This document shows, piece after piece, positions 38,101 to 51,362 of a stretch of DNA of 64,000 nucleotides. The DNA comes from Macrostomum hystrix (taxonomy: Eukaryota > Animalia > Platyhelminthes): NCBI GenBank assembly GCA_950097015.1, contig CATNEN010000039.1, positions 13,702,001-13,766,000 on the forward strand, read 5' to 3'. Position 1 is the first letter of the stretch. Every line of letters begins with the position of its first letter. The position numbers and the translations under genes were made by a program. The notes beneath the pieces are model-generated. The model was not told the DNA's origin, made no database searches, and saw only the letters and a program-made list of their open reading frames with translations.

Positions 38101-40531
38101 CCTGCTGTTGAGGGCCGGTCAAATCATCAGGGCCGTCCGCGTCCCGGACTTCGTAGTCAAATAGGGAGCAGCGATGCTCATTTGAGTGCACAGGTCGATT
38201 GTAGATGATGCCGCTGTCCAGAAATTGAACCCGCAGAGTCTGCGGCGGCTCCTGGCAGGTTTGGCTGGCCTGAGAAGTCCGGCACAGCTTTGGCGGATGG
38301 TCGTTCACATTCGTGACATGGACTGTCACTGAAGTCACTGACGGTGATCCGGGCTCGCTAGCTGACAGTCGCGAAGATCCGGGAGGCAGAACCAACCGAC
38401 TCGGGTTCTCCGCCAGCACCCGGAACTGGAAGTATTGGTGCCGCTCTCGGTCGATTTTCGCAACAACCCGAACGTCCCCGCTGTTCGTGTCCACCCGGAA
38501 GTAGCGCTCGGCCTCCCGAGCGATGCTGTCCACTTCGCTATTAACGCCGAGGCCGACGCCGCCGTTGACGGTGAGAATGCGAAATCTGACGCGGCTGTTC
38601 TCCGGCAGTGTGTCCGCGTCCGTGGCGTTAATACGGCCGATGATAATGTCGTTAATCTCTTCCTGTACGCTGAATCGGTACCCCTTTTCGTAGTCAACAA
38701 TTATTGGTGGATTGTCGTTAACGTCTGTCACATCAATTATGACGCCAGCTACGCTGCTCATGGAAGCGTTGTTCTCGTTGACTGCAGTCACATTGAACCT
38801 GTAGATATTCTGTCTTTCATAGTCTAGTTCTCCATCGACGCTGATGTCCCCCTGCGAGTTGATGCTGAACGGCGCCGCTTCCGGGCCTTCCAGACGATAA
38901 ACGATGCGATTGTGGGGAAAAATGTCCCTGTCGACAGCCCGGATTCGATTGCTGGCGTCCATCTGCACGGAGGTCCGTCTGGGCGAGTTTTCGGCTACAC
39001 TGCCGCGGTACTGCTGCCGGCTGAATTCCGGCACGCAGTCGTTGACGTCTCCGATGGCCACCGTCAGTGTTGCTGTGGACGAAGCTGCCAAATTCATACC
39101 GTCCTGGCAGACCACAGCCACTCTGTACTCGTCTCGCTGCTCTCGATCGAAGATGGCCACCGAGCGCAAGTTAAACTCCTTGGTCAGGCCGTAGACCTCC
39201 TTTTCTTCCAAGCGGAAGAGGTCACCCGCGCTCGCGAGGCTGCACTGAATGCGATCGTACTGAGACTTATGCTCAAAGTCGCGATCTTTCACTTCGACGG
39301 AAGCGATCTTCAGGCCTGCCGGACTATTCTCCTGCAGCTCAACTCGTTCGCGACGATCGCCGGTGCTCCAGAAGCTGATGCTAATCGGATGGTCGTCAAT
39401 ATTCAGCACAATGACGGCCACCGACACGCTGGTTGATAGTCTCGGCTGTCCGAAGTCGCTGGCAACAATGTAAAAGCTGAAGTTCTTCACCTGCTCGTAG
39501 TCTATCGCTGTCAGTGTATTGATCTCCCACAGTTGCTGACTGGGACCGCCGCCTCCGGAGCTTGGCTTCACTTCGAAGTAGCGATCCGCCCGCAGTCGCG
39601 GCTGCACCCCCGTAGGCGGCTTGATTTCGCACTTGACGCGCCCGTTTTCGCCGCTGTCTCCGTCCTCCACACCAAACTGCGCCACCCGCTGTCTGGCGTG
39701 ACCGCCGCCGCTGCTCGCCGTCTCATTCAGCCTGATGATGTAGCCAGGTCGAAAGTCAACAATCTTGGGCGCCTGATCGTTGACGTCTTTGACTTCGATG
39801 CGCACAGACAGGCTGCCGGTGAGCTGAGGTCGGCCGCCGTCAACCACGAGCAGCACAAAGCCAATCTCTGGCGTTTCCTCTCGGTCCAATGGAACTGTCA
39901 GACGAAGCTTTGGCGTGTGCGGCCACTGGTTGTCAATCAGCTGAAAGTGCCTGTCGAATATGGTGCTATTCGGCAGTTTGCCACCAATCATGTACTCCTT
40001 GACACCGTTCTCAGCAGTGTCCGCATCGGTAGCGACTGGCAGCTCCAACTCGTGGCCCTGGCTGGTCTCTTCGCTCAGACTAAAGTACACGCGATCGATG
40101 TGGTTCTCGAAGGTCGGTGGCGAGTCGTTGACATCGTCGATCAGCAGGCGGATGTAGTACTCGCGGGTCTGGCTGTTGGCCAGACGGACCTCGACGCGAA
40201 GTAGCTTGCAGCATTGCTGCGGGCAGGGAGAGCTGATCCGGCACACCTGCTCGCGGTCCAGAGACCCTTGAATGCTAATCTGACCGCCGCTGAGAATGTG
40301 AAACGGGTAGGCCTCCTTTTCCTTAAAGAATGAGATTCGCTCCAAACTTTCGGCTAGAGTGCCGAGCTCCCTGCGCAGAAGCGGCATCAGGTCCAGCCGG
40401 AAGTCCGCCGCACCCTCGCGGACGTGGCGCGTCTCAAGGACTGGCGGGCTGACCAAAGGCTGACTGCCTGATGCCAGTAGCACTAGCTGAATGACTAGCA
40501 GCACTGGAGACTGTCGTACAATGGAACGCAT
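26769..40531 (-). CDS. Protocadherin-like protein (about 7 EC repeats); exons 40531-37606, 33495-33359, candidate microexon 27610-27602, 27434-26769
   Basis: Signal peptide from ATG 40531. Repeated LDRE/DYE, A.D.D and D.ND.PP cadherin motifs and a TM (FVIIVTLVTVVVFIIVIVFAFVLFF) lie in one 2.9-kb exon ending at a phase-1 GTGAGT donor. Next exon has TACAG/GTAAGT borders (DYENEAVTLP..MSE). Terminal poly-Q exon ends ETSFV. Cytoplasmic exon linkage is inferred from phase compatibility. Confidence 0.85.
28278..28465 (+). mobile_element. SINE family A, diverged
   Basis: TTTGCCTCTCGCAC..GAGTTCGATTCCGCGGCGAGGCC..CTGCCTGACGATGAGAA. Confidence 0.7.
28817..29372. repeat. (CT)n followed by a 23-bp array (CTCTCTCATCTATCTAATCTCTC)
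   Basis: Direct reading. Confidence 0.9.
29985..30290 (+). repeat. 16-bp minisatellite (TGTCTCATCTCTCCCS), locus 1
   Basis: Direct reading; the same unit occurs at four other loci. Confidence 0.95.
30683..30867. repeat. 16-bp perfect array (CATTCAGTCACTCCCT)
   Basis: Direct reading. Confidence 0.95.
31380..32808. repeat. Compound microsatellite: (GATA/GACA)n 31380-32110, then (CATT/CAGT)n 32115-32808
   Basis: Direct reading. Confidence 0.97.
33535..33842 (-). mobile_element. SINE family B, full length with (ATT)n tail
   Basis: Nearly identical to the copy at 53240-53555. Confidence 0.85.
33860..34119 (-). mobile_element. SINE family A copy abutting a family B copy
   Basis: Reverse complement of A head and body with a TAT tail. 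Confidence 0.75.
34602..35597. repeat. 35-bp tandem array (GATGAACTGGTAATCAGACAGGTACTAACAGGTAG)
   Basis: Direct reading. Confidence 0.95.
37281..37560 (+). mobile_element. SINE family A copy
   Basis: A head, middle deletion, A 3' end. Confidence 0.75.
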
Positions 40532-40969
40532 GTTCCTGGCGTCGACGAATAAGGTCAATCTTGTCTGAAATTGGTTTTAGAGAAGCAGTGTGGTTTTATA
40601 AGTTGCTTATAGCCTTATTGAAATATGCGTAGATGAAGCCTAACGCTGTACAGCGAATTCCCCGCCTAGGCCATTAGGCGGAGTCGAGGGTTGGTTCCGC
40701 GAGCGGTCAGTCACCAAATTTGCAGTCTATTTTGCGCATCTTATCGACCAGTCTGCCCAATATTTAATTATGTATGGCTTATCTAAGCATTGGAAAGCTT
40801 TAAAACAACTACGAGCGTATTAAGTGACCGAAATGCAGATTCTAAATTCAAGCTTGTACTTCATTAAAAAAGCAGAAATTGCATCGATCAAAATAAATTG
40901 TAAAATTTAATCGAATGCCGCAAACTGGGCAAAATATCGTTTAGGCAAGACACAGAAAGCAAGGTTAAA

Positions 40970-42445
40970 ACAGGGGAGAGATGAGACAGGGGAGAGATGA
41001 GACAGGGGAGAGATGAGACAGGGGAGAGATGAGACAGGGGAGAGATGAGACAGGGGAGAGATGAGACAGGGGAGAGATGAGACAGGGGAGAGATGAGACA
41101 GGGGAGAGATGAGACAGGGGAGAGATGAGACACGGGAGAGATGAGACAGGGCAGAGATGAGACAGGGGAGAGATGAGAAGGGGAGAGATGAGACAGGGGA
41201 GAGATGAGACAGGGGAGAGATGAGACAGGGCAGAGATGAGACAGGGGAGAGATGAGACAGGGGAGAGATGAGACAGGGGAGAGATGAGACAGGGGAGAGA
41301 TGAGACACGGGAGAGATGAGACAGGGGAGAGATGAGACAGGGGAGAGATGAGACAGGGGAGAGATGAGACAGGGGAGAGATGAGACAGGGGAGAGATGAG
41401 ACAGGGCAGAGATGAGACAGGGCAGAGATGAGACAGGGGAGAGATGAGACAGGGGAGAGATGAGACAGGGCAGAGATGAGACAGGGGAGAGATGAGACAG
41501 GGGAGAGATGAGACAGGGGAGAGATGAGACAGGGCAGAGATGAGACAGGGCAGAGATGAGACAGGGGAGAGATGAGACAGGGGAGAGATGAGACAGGGCA
41601 GAGATGAGACAGGGGAGAGATGAGACAGGGCAGAGATGAGACAGGGCAGAGATGAGACAGGGGAGAGATGAGACAGGGGAGAGATGAGACAGGGGAGAGA
41701 TGAGACAGGGCAGAGATGAGACAGGGGAGAGATGAGACAGGGGAGAGATGAGACAGGGCAGAGATGAGACAGGGGAGAGATGAGACAGGGCAGAGATGAG
41801 ACAGGGGAGAGATGAGACAGGGGAGAGATGAGACAGGGCAGAGATGAGACAGGGCAGAGATGAGACAGGGGAGAGATGAGACAGGGGAGAGATGAGACAG
41901 GGCAGAGATGAGACAGGGGAGAGATGAGACAGGGGAGAGATGAGACAGGGGAGAGATGAGACAGGGGAGAGATGAGACAGGGCAGAGATGAGACAGGGCA
42001 GAGATGAGACAGGGGAGAGATGAGACAGGGGAGAGATGAGACAGGGCAGAGATGAGACAGGGCAGAGATGAGACAGGGGAGAGATGAGACAGGGCAGAGA
42101 TGAGACAGGGGAGAGATGAGACAGGGCAGAGATGAGACAGGGGAGAGATGAGACAGGGGAGAGATGAGACAGGGCAGAGATGAGACAGGGCAGAGATGAG
42201 ACAGGGGAGAGATGAGACAGGGCAGAGATGAGACAGGGGAGAGATGAGACAGGGCAGAGATGAGACAGGGGAGAGATGAGACAGGGGAGAGATGAGACAG
42301 GGGAGAGATGAGACAGGGGAGAGATGAGACAGGGCAGATATGAGACAGGGGAGAGATGAGACAGGGGAGAGATGAGACAGGGGAGAGAGGACACAGGCGA
42401 GAGATGAGACAGGAGAGAAATGAGAAATCGGGGAGATGAGACTGA
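40970..42445 (-). repeat. 16-bp minisatellite (GAGATGAGACAGGGSA on plus strand), locus 2
   Basis: Direct reading. Confidence 0.97.
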
Positions 42446-43324
42446 GAAAGAAACATTTATTCTGCACTTTTTCATCGCAGATGATGGCGCACTCTACCAC
42501 CAATGCATTGTAGGTGTTGTGAATAGCCTAAACTCTTCAGTTAGGGTGCTGGACTCAGCAGTGAACTGAAGACTTGAGCAGGACAACAGCAAAATCTTTC
42601 GCATAAAGGCTGCATTGGGCTATTGCATCGGCAAGCGAGTGTTAAATTGGATTTGGTCAGCTAAGGCCACTCGGGAATTAAGGCGACATTGGCCCAGAAG
42701 TGAGTAAGAGACCCTCGACGGTTTCGCATCTGTGCTTCGCACCGTCCACTCCAAAGTCCCTCCTCTGTTGTGAACGCTCCGAATCCGCAAATTCTAGCCT
42801 AAGTCCTTCTGATCTCATCTCACACTCTCTCAGACCTGCAGAAATTGTATCGACGGCGATTTTAAAATCGAGTTTGTCAGTTTTCATCGCAACGAACATT
42901 CTGGGCCGCATCCCAAGGGTTCTATCAGCCTAGCCTGTACGCCACCCCGTGTCACTGGCCATGTGAGAAAATAGAACGAGGAAGTGTACGCTTGTATCTA
43001 GGGGCATAGTTTCGCATGTGTGACACAGCAGTGGCACGCTCCGCATTGCTAGCTATCAGATTTCTTGTCTCCTCTTCCAACTGTCGCGAAAATATCCTCA
43101 TATTTTTTGGTATCGTCTTCAAAACTCCTGCTTCCATTGACACTTATCTATTTTTCTTTGGGTTCTTTGGAAGGCAGCGATTTTGAAATATTGAAGTTTT
43201 TTCTTCTTCTATACTTCGTGACTTTCTTAGAAAGGTCCAGAAAAGTTTATACCGTTCTGGAACATATAAATTCACGGTCCTAAAGATGTGAGACTCCCTA
43301 ATTGTAAGCGCGAAAATATACAAC

Positions 43325-43447
43325 AGATGAGACACAGTAGAGATGAGACAGACGAGAGATGAGACTGGCGAGAGATGAGACACGGGGAAAATGAGACGGG
43401 ATAGAGATGAGACACGGGGGAGATTAGACGGGGGAGAGATGAGACAT
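43325..43447 (-). repeat. 16-bp minisatellite, degenerate locus 3
   Basis: GAGATGAGAC units. Confidence 0.8.
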
Positions 43448-43504
43448 TGGTCTTCTATATATTGTTTAACATCTACAGATGCTATAGGCCCGCTAGTCCT
43501 TGTA

Positions 43505-43750
43505 CCCTAGTGGTTTGAGTGTCGGACCTTCGACTTAAAGGTCGGGGGTTCGATTCCAGACTCCACTGGAACAATTTGTGTCCTTAAACAATACACTTTA
43601 CTTTGCCCAGAAGTTCACCCAGCCGTTAAATGGGTACCAGCATCAGCTGGGATGATTGAGGGTGGGTGTCGGGTCCCCCCCAGTCCATGGACTGAACAGC
43701 CGTACGCAGCCTTCAGATGCGCCGCGCAACAGCTGCAGTTGTACATCTGT
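43505..43750 (+). mobile_element. SINE family B copy
   Basis: CCTAGTGG box A, GGTTCGATTCC box B, shared body. Confidence 0.8.
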
Positions 43751-44289
43751 CTCTTCAGACGTTAACGTATTATGTCAATAATGAGAATATGTATCACTTG
43801 CACTTGTAAAGGACAACCAAACCTGCCAATTACATTTTTGCTATCGCTTTTTTATCCAAGCAAGCATTTGTGTGTGCTCATGGAATGGAACTCGGAGAGA
43901 GATTTTCTGAGATTAGATTTATCGGATAGGAAATAAAAACACAGGGCGGGTCAACCGAATGGGGGGCGATGGGGCGTGGAGACGACAGTGGATTCCTGGG
44001 GGGTTTTGTTGAAACTCAATTAGCGAAATTGAGCTAGAAAAATGCTCCAAATTTGACACCTCGCAGTTTGCTCTGTTGCAAGCAATCATTGGGATGGATT
44101 TTGTGTCTCTAGTTTTTTTTATTTTCCACACCTCAAACAATATTAAACATACGCTGGCAGGCTGGCAGTGGAAACTACTATTTAGTACTGAATCGCCTCG
44201 GAAAACAGGTTTTGATTAAATCGATAGGTTCAAATTCCTTTTAGCTTGAGTTAATTTTGTTCGGCTAGCCATTATCTACGTCTTTCCGA

Positions 44290-46030
44290 CCTGGGTGAGT
44301 CTATCTGTCCTAGGTGTAAATTTTTTGCTGTCATTAGCGTCTGTCAAGCTGTCCAGGGTGTCTGTCTATCTGTTCTGGGTGTCTGTCTATCTGTCCTGGG
44401 TGTCAATTTTTTGCTGTCATTGGCATCTGTCAAGCTGTCCTGGGTGTCTGTCTATCTGTCCTGGTGTCTGTCTCTCTGTCCTTGGTATCTGTCTATCTGT
44501 CCTGGGTGTCTGTCAAGCTGTCCTGGGTATCTGTCTAGCTGTACTTGGTGTCTGTCTATCTGTCCTGGGTGTCTGTCTAGCTGTCCTGGGTGTCTGTCTA
44601 GCTGTCCTTGGTGTCTGTCTAGCTGTCCTTGGTGTCTGTCTAGCTGTCATTGGCGTCTGTCAAGCTGTCCTGGGTGTCTGTCTATCTGTCCTGGGTGTCT
44701 GTCTATCTGTCCTGGGTGTCTGTCTATCTGTCCTTTGTGTCTATCATGCTGTCCTGGGTGTCTGTCTAACTGTCCTTGGTGTCTGTCTAGCTGTCCTGGG
44801 TGTCTGTCTATCTGTCCTGGGTGTCTGTCTATCTGTCCTTGGTGTTTGTCTAGCTGTCCTTGGTATCTGTCTATCTGTCCTGGGTGTCTGTCTAGCTGTC
44901 CTTGGTGTCTGTCTATCTGTCCTGGGTGTCTGTCTATCTGTCCTGGGTGTCTGTCTATCTGTCCTTGGTGTCTGTCTAGCTGTCCTTGGTGTCTGTCTAG
45001 CTGTCCTGGGTGTCTGTCTATCTGTCCTGGGTGTCTGTCTATCTGTCCTGGGTGTCTGTCTAGCTGTCCTTGGTGTCTGTCTATCTGTCCTGGTGTCTGT
45101 CTAGCTGTCCTTGGTATCTGTCTATCTGTCCTGGGTGTCTGTCTAGCTGTCCTGGGTGTCTGTCTATCTGTCCTGGTGTCTGTCTAGCTGTCCTTGGTGT
45201 CTGTCTATCTGTCCTGGGTGTCTGTCTATCTGTCCTTTGTGTCTATCATGCTGTCCTGGGTGTCTGTCTAACTGTCCTTGGTGTCTGTCTAGCTGTCCTG
45301 GGTGTCTGTCAAGCTGTCCTGGGTATCTGTCTAGCTGTCCTTGGTGTCTGTCTATCTGTCCTGGGTGTCTGTCTAGCTGTCCTTGGTGTCTGTCTATCTG
45401 TCCTGGGTGTCTGTCTATCTGTCCTTTGTGTCTATCATGCTGTCCTGGGTGTCTGTCTAACTGTCCTTGGTGTCTGTCTAGCTGTCCTGGGTGTCTGTCT
45501 ATCTGTCCTGGGTGTCTGTCTATCTGTCCTTGGTGTTTGTCTAGCTGTCCTTGGTATCTGTCTATCTGTCCTGGGTGTCTGTCTAGCTGTCCTGGGTGTC
45601 TGTCTATCTGTCCTGGGTGTCTGTCTATCTGTCCTGGGTGTCTGTCTATCTGTCCTTGGTGTCTGTCTAGCTGTCCTTGGTGTCTGTCTAGCTGTCCTGG
45701 GTGTCTGTCTATCTGTCCTGGGTGTCTGTCTATCTGTCCTGGGTGTCTGTCTATCTGTCCTGGGTGTCTGTCTATCTGTCCTGGGTGTCTGTCTATCTGT
45801 CCTTGGTGTCTGTCTAGCTGTCCTGGGTGTCCGTTTATCTGTCTTGGGTGTCTGTCTATCTGTCCTGGGTGTCTGTCTATCTGTCCTGGGTGTCTGTCTA
45901 TCTGTCCTGGGTGTCTGTCTATCTGTCCTGGGTGTCTGTCTATCTGTCCTGGGTGTCTGTCTATCTGTCCTTGGTGTCTGTCTAGCTGTCCTGGGTGTCC
46001 GTTTATCTGTCTTGGGTGTCTGTCTAGCTT
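44290..46030. repeat. 21-bp array (GTCTGTCTAKCTGTCCTKGGT)
   Basis: Direct reading. Confidence 0.95.
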
Positions 46031-46946
46031 TTCCGGTTGACACACTGTCCTGGGAGCCTGTATTTTCTATGTAGAATGTCTCTCTATCTTTCCTTCTTAT
46101 TGCTGCAACTTACCGATAATTTAAAATTAAGATCTCAATCGAAGAGCTGACTTTCTTCTGCCTAAACTTTTGAGTCTAGTTCCAATTCCAATCAAAATCG
46201 ATGTCCAAAGAGTTTCGATTAGCAGTCAAGAAATTGGATTCTGTAGCACTGCGACTAGCTGCTGTGGCTTCACTTCCTTTTCTAAATCCTTGGATGAGGG
46301 AGGGCTCTAAATCTCCCACATCGCTTAACGGATTGGGTAACCTTAGGGACAAATTGTGGGTCTTCATCTACAGACTCACAGACAAATTCAGAAAATAAAT
46401 TAGAGCCTTAGAGGAGAAGCTGAAGAATTGATAAAATATCTTCATTTCTTTTCTGACAACAAAAAATTTCAAAAACTCAGGCAACGGTAGCACAAATAAA
46501 ACAGAACTCAGTATTAGTTTTGAGATCTGAGCATGATTTCCTGTGATCAGTTTTTGTCTAAAAGCAGGTGAAAATCGATACACTTTTCCTTTCCCCCGCA
46601 TTCTGTTCGCTTTTCCGGTAAATTTCTAAAAACTTCTTTTACTAATAATTGCTCTAGCCAAAATAGGGTATCTTTGACAAGGCGCAGGGCTTCAAAGAGA
46701 ATGAAAGTTTGTGTGTTCAGGTCCCATCTGTTTCACTGCTCACAGGTTGCAGAAGCAATCAAAGGGCTATTGCTTACAGCTTTTTGTCCTATAATTAAAG
46801 TAATTGACTAGGAAAAGAGATCAGCTAGTGATCCTATGAACAACGAAACAATGATGGGTCACAATAGAGCTGAATTAAAAGCTCTAAGGTTAACGGTTAG
46901 TTACAAGAGCTCATGCTCGTTGTAGTGAATGGGGTTAAACAAATCT

Positions 46947-48706
46947 CAGTGATTGATGAGAATGACACAGTGATTGATGAGAATGACACAGTGATTGATG
47001 AGAATGACACAGTGATAGATGAGAATGACACAGTGATTGATGAGAATGACACAGTGATTGATGAGAATGACACAGTGAATGATGAGAATGACACAGTGAT
47101 TGATGAGAATGACACAGTGATTGATGAGAATGACACAGTGATTGATGAGAATGACACAGTGATTGATGAGAATGACACAGTGATTGATGAGAATGACACA
47201 GTGATTGATGAGAATGACACAGTGATTGATGAGAATGACACAGTGATTGATGAGAATGACACAGTGATTGATGAGAATGACACAGTGATTGATGAGAATG
47301 ACACAGTGATTGATGAGAATGACACAGTGATTGATGAGAATGACACAGTGATTGATGAGAATGACACAGTGATTGATGAGAATGACACAGTGATTGATGA
47401 GAATGACACAGTGATTGATGAGAATGACACAGTGATAGATGAGAATGACACAGTGATTGATGAGAATGACACAGTGATTGATGAGAATGACACAGTGAAT
47501 GATGAGAATGACACAGTGATTGATGAGAATGACACAGTGATTGATGAGAATGACACAGTGATTGATGAGAATGACACAGTGATTGATGAGAATGACACAG
47601 TGATTGATGAGAATGACACAGTGATTGATGAGAATGACACAGTGATTGATGAGAATGACACAGTGAATGATGAGAATGACACAGTGATTGATGAGAATGA
47701 CACAGTGATTGATGAGAATGACACAGTGAATGATGAGAATGACACAGTGATTGATGAGGATCGGACTGTCAATGATGAGAATGACACAGTGATTGATGAG
47801 AATCGGACTGTCAATGATGAGAATGACACAGTGATTGATGAGAATCGGACTGTCAATGATGAGAATGACACAGTGATTGATGAGAATCGGACTGTCAATG
47901 ATGAGAATGACACAGTGATTGATGAGAATCGGACTGTCAATGATGAGAATGACACAGTGATTGATGAGGATCGGACTGTCAATGATGAGAATGACACAGT
48001 GATTGATGAGAATGACACAGTGATTGATGAGAATGACACAGTGATTGATGAGAATGACACAGTGATTGATGAGAATGACACAGTGATTGATGAGAATGAC
48101 ACGGTGATTGATGAGAATGACACAGTGATTGATGAGAATGACACAGTGATTGATGATAATGACACAGTGATTGATGAGAATGACACAGTGATTGATGAGA
48201 ATGACACGGTGATTGATGAGAATGACACGGTGATTGATGAGAATGACACAGTGATTGATGAGAATGACACAGTGATTGATGATAATGACACAGTGATTGA
48301 TGATAATGACACAGTGATTGATGAGAATGACACAGTGATTGATGAGGATCGGACTGTCAATGATGAGAATGACACAGTGATTGATGAGAATGACACAGTG
48401 ATTGATGATAATGACACAGTGATTGATGATAATGACACAGTGATTGATGAGAATGACACAGTGATTGATGAGGATCGGACTGTCAATGATGAGAATGACA
48501 CAGTGATTGATGAGGATCGGACTGTCAATGATGAGAATGACACAGTGATTGATGAGGATCGGACTGTCACTGATGAGAATGACACAGTGATTGATGAGGA
48601 TCGGACTGTCACTGATGAGAATGACACAGTGATTGATGAGAATCGGACTGTCAATGATGAGAATGACACAGTGATTGATGAGGATCGGACTGTCAATGAT
48701 GAGAAT
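46947..48706. repeat. 21-bp array (GTGATTGATGAGAATGACACA) with a CGGACTGTC variant in the right half
   Basis: Direct reading. Confidence 0.97.
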
Positions 48707-49508
48707 AACTTACCTTTTCAAAATCAAACTCCGCGGAAAGCGCAAAGTGTAAAATATTATTAAAGGTGACTCAAAGCAGTTTATTAATGTATTATTAATG
48801 CTCTAACGTTGCATTGCTAAACAAAAGTAGTTGAACACTTGTCAGTTCAGTGTGGAATCTTAATGGCTACACAGCATAAAGAAAAGAAAATATTTTCAAC
48901 CAGTTTTCAAATATAGGCCAATTGAATCATTGAATCAATTTTCACAGATTTTCGCTTCACTGATTGGGTAGAAAGCTTCTAACCAATTAGGAACCGGTAA
49001 GCGATAAGTTAAATGACCGATTATGGGCTTTTTAGATTTTTATGAAAAATATGCTAAAACGCAAATGATACTACTTGCGAGCGCGTCTGAGTAGAGAAAT
49101 GTGATTTTTTGTTATTTTTTACATAGCTAAATACAATTAATTAAAAATGTAACTGGGAAAGTGTGAAAGCGAGAGGATATTAGTGTGACACGTTGTTAAG
49201 AAAGTTTAACTTTTCATAGTACTAAAATTTAGTCTATTTAAGAATGACAAAGATTGTTAATACACAAATACTGTATTGGTTAATTGTACTGGACCTGTCA
49301 GCTTTGACCTCTCGACAACAAAATTTCTGATCCCTATTTTGGGATTTTCGGTGCTCGTCATTACTGAATTGCTGCTTTTTTCCGAATGCAAATTATTCCC
49401 TTCTGTTTTTTATCGGGTTTCATTATGCTACTATTTAAACGATTGACCGATAACGGGGCAGACATTTTATTGCATCGGCGGCATGAAACATGGCCGCCAA
49501 CACTGAGC

Positions 49509-51171
49509 TATAAAAGCTAAGAAGAAATTGGATTTTTGTTTCTAGGAAATCAATTAATTGAGCAAGGTTAAACACTGGAGCATTCAGAACTGCAGGTAAG
49601 CAGCGACCTGATATTATTATACTGGCGAGTTCTCGAATTGTACGTAACTTATAGTACTACGTTTTACAATTGACTTTGTTACTTTTCAAGCTGCAAAATT
49701 TCGATAGGGTGTCAGTAGCAGAGTCATTTGGGGTGTCAGTAGCAGAGTTATTTGGGGTGTCAGTAGCAGAGTAGTTGGGGTGTCAGTAGAAGAGTCATTT
49801 AGGGTGTCAGTAGCAGAGTCATTTGGGGTGTCAGTAGCAGAGTCATTTGGGGTGTCAGTAGCAGAGTCATTTAGGGTGTCAGTAGCAGAGTCATTTGGGG
49901 TGTCAGTAGCAGAGTCATTTGGGGTGTCAGTAGCAGAGTAGTTGGGGTGTCAGTAGCAGAGTCATTTAGGGTGTCAGTAGCAGAGTCATTTGGGGTGTCA
50001 GTAGCAGAGTCATTTGGGGTGTCAGTAGCAGAGTCATTTGGGGTGTCAGTAGCAGAGTCATTTGGGGTGTCAGTAGCAGAGTAGTTGGGGTGTCAGTAGA
50101 AGAGTCATTTAGGGTGTCAGTAGCAGAGTCATTTGGGGTGTCAGTAGCAGAGTCATTTGGGGTGTCAGTAGAAGAGTCATTTAGGGTGTCAGTAGCAGAG
50201 TCATTTGGGGTGTCAGTAGCAGAGTCATTTGGGGTGTCAGTAGCAGAGTAGTTGGGGTGTCAGTAGAAGAGTCATTTAGGGTGTCAGTAGCAGAGTCATT
50301 TGGGGTGTCAGTAGAAGAGTCATTTGGGGTGTCAGTAGCAGAGTCATTTGGGGTGTCAGTAGCAGAGTCATTTGGGGTGTCAATAGCAGAGTCATTTGGG
50401 GTGTCAGTAGCAGAGTCATTTGGGGTGTCAGTAGCAGAGTCATTTGGGGTGTCAGTAGCAGAGTCATTTGGGGTGTCAGTAGCAGAGTCATTTGGGGTGT
50501 CAGTAGCAGAGTCATTTGGGGTGTCAGTAGCAGAGTCATTTGGGGTGTCAGTAGCAGAGTCATTTAAGGTGTCAATAGCAGAGTCATTTGGGGTGTCAGT
50601 AGCAGAGTCATTTGGGGTGTCAGTAGCAGAGTCATTTGGGGTGTCAGTAGCAGAGTCATTTGGGGTGTCAGTAGCAGAGTCATTTGGGGTGTCAGTAGCA
50701 GAGTCATTTGGGGTGTCAGTAGCAGAGTCATTTGGGGTGTCAGTAGCAGAGTCATTTGGGGTGTCAGTAGCAGAGTCATTTAGGGTGTCAGTAGCAGAGT
50801 CATTTGGGGTGTCAGTAGCAGAGTCATTTAGGGTGTCAGTAGCAGAGTCATTTTGGGTGTCAGTAGCAGAGTCATTTGGGGTGTCAGTAGCAGAGTCAGT
50901 TGGGGTGTCAGAAGAGGAGTTTCTTAGTTTTTTCTTTATTGCCCTAGTAAATAATGATAAAATAGCAAAACGTCAGGCTAGTGGATTGCAATCTTTCCAT
51001 CAGGACATTCAATAGCAAATTCAATCTGCTAATCAGAAAAAATCGGGGGAAAAGATCCGGAATTTTCCGGTCAAGAAGCATCGCCATATGATCAGTTAGA
51101 TACTATTTATTGGATCTAATCACATTGTTCTATAGGAGTTTTGTTCTAATTGACCAATCGCTGACCAGTGG
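49509..51171 (+). promoter_or_regulatory. Candidate TATA box and non-coding 5' exons of TRPA1 (49546-49595, 51136-51171)
   Basis: TATAAAAG at 49509; two short segments bounded by TTTCTAG..CAG/GTAAGC and TCTATAG..GG/GTAAGT; acceptor GTTATAG at 51347, 15 nt before ATG 51363. Confidence 0.35.
49706..50912. repeat. 24-bp array (GGGTGTCAGTAGCAGAGTCATTTG)
   Basis: Direct reading. Confidence 0.97.
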
Positions 51172-51362
51172 GTAAGTCGTTATTGTTGGTGTTGAGTTGC
51201 TCGCATGGTTCGTTGGCTGTCAGAAACGCTGATCACTAGGGGGAGAGTTGAGTGAGAGATTGGTCCAGTTGTCAGGCAGCAAGGAAGCCAATCCAATTTG
51301 AAGTCCTAAAATCCTCAGCGCATACGTTTGTCCTGCGTATGTTATAGAGTTGCCCGGTTGTC

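Noticed and set aside
42678-43143. Short peptide resemblance (DKLDF..AV, LE.E...L..S) to 24449-24902
   Set aside because: Too short and differently spaced to separate from chance without an alignment.
40888-51015. Long ORFs of 250-616 aa (SSLPCLISPLSHL, VLGVCLS, VIDENDT, VSVAESFG repeats)
   Set aside because: They are translations of tandem arrays, open in several frames or both strands, with no unique domains. The same applies to ORFs at 7194, 16608-18237, 22895, 24883, 31354, 55783 and 56702.
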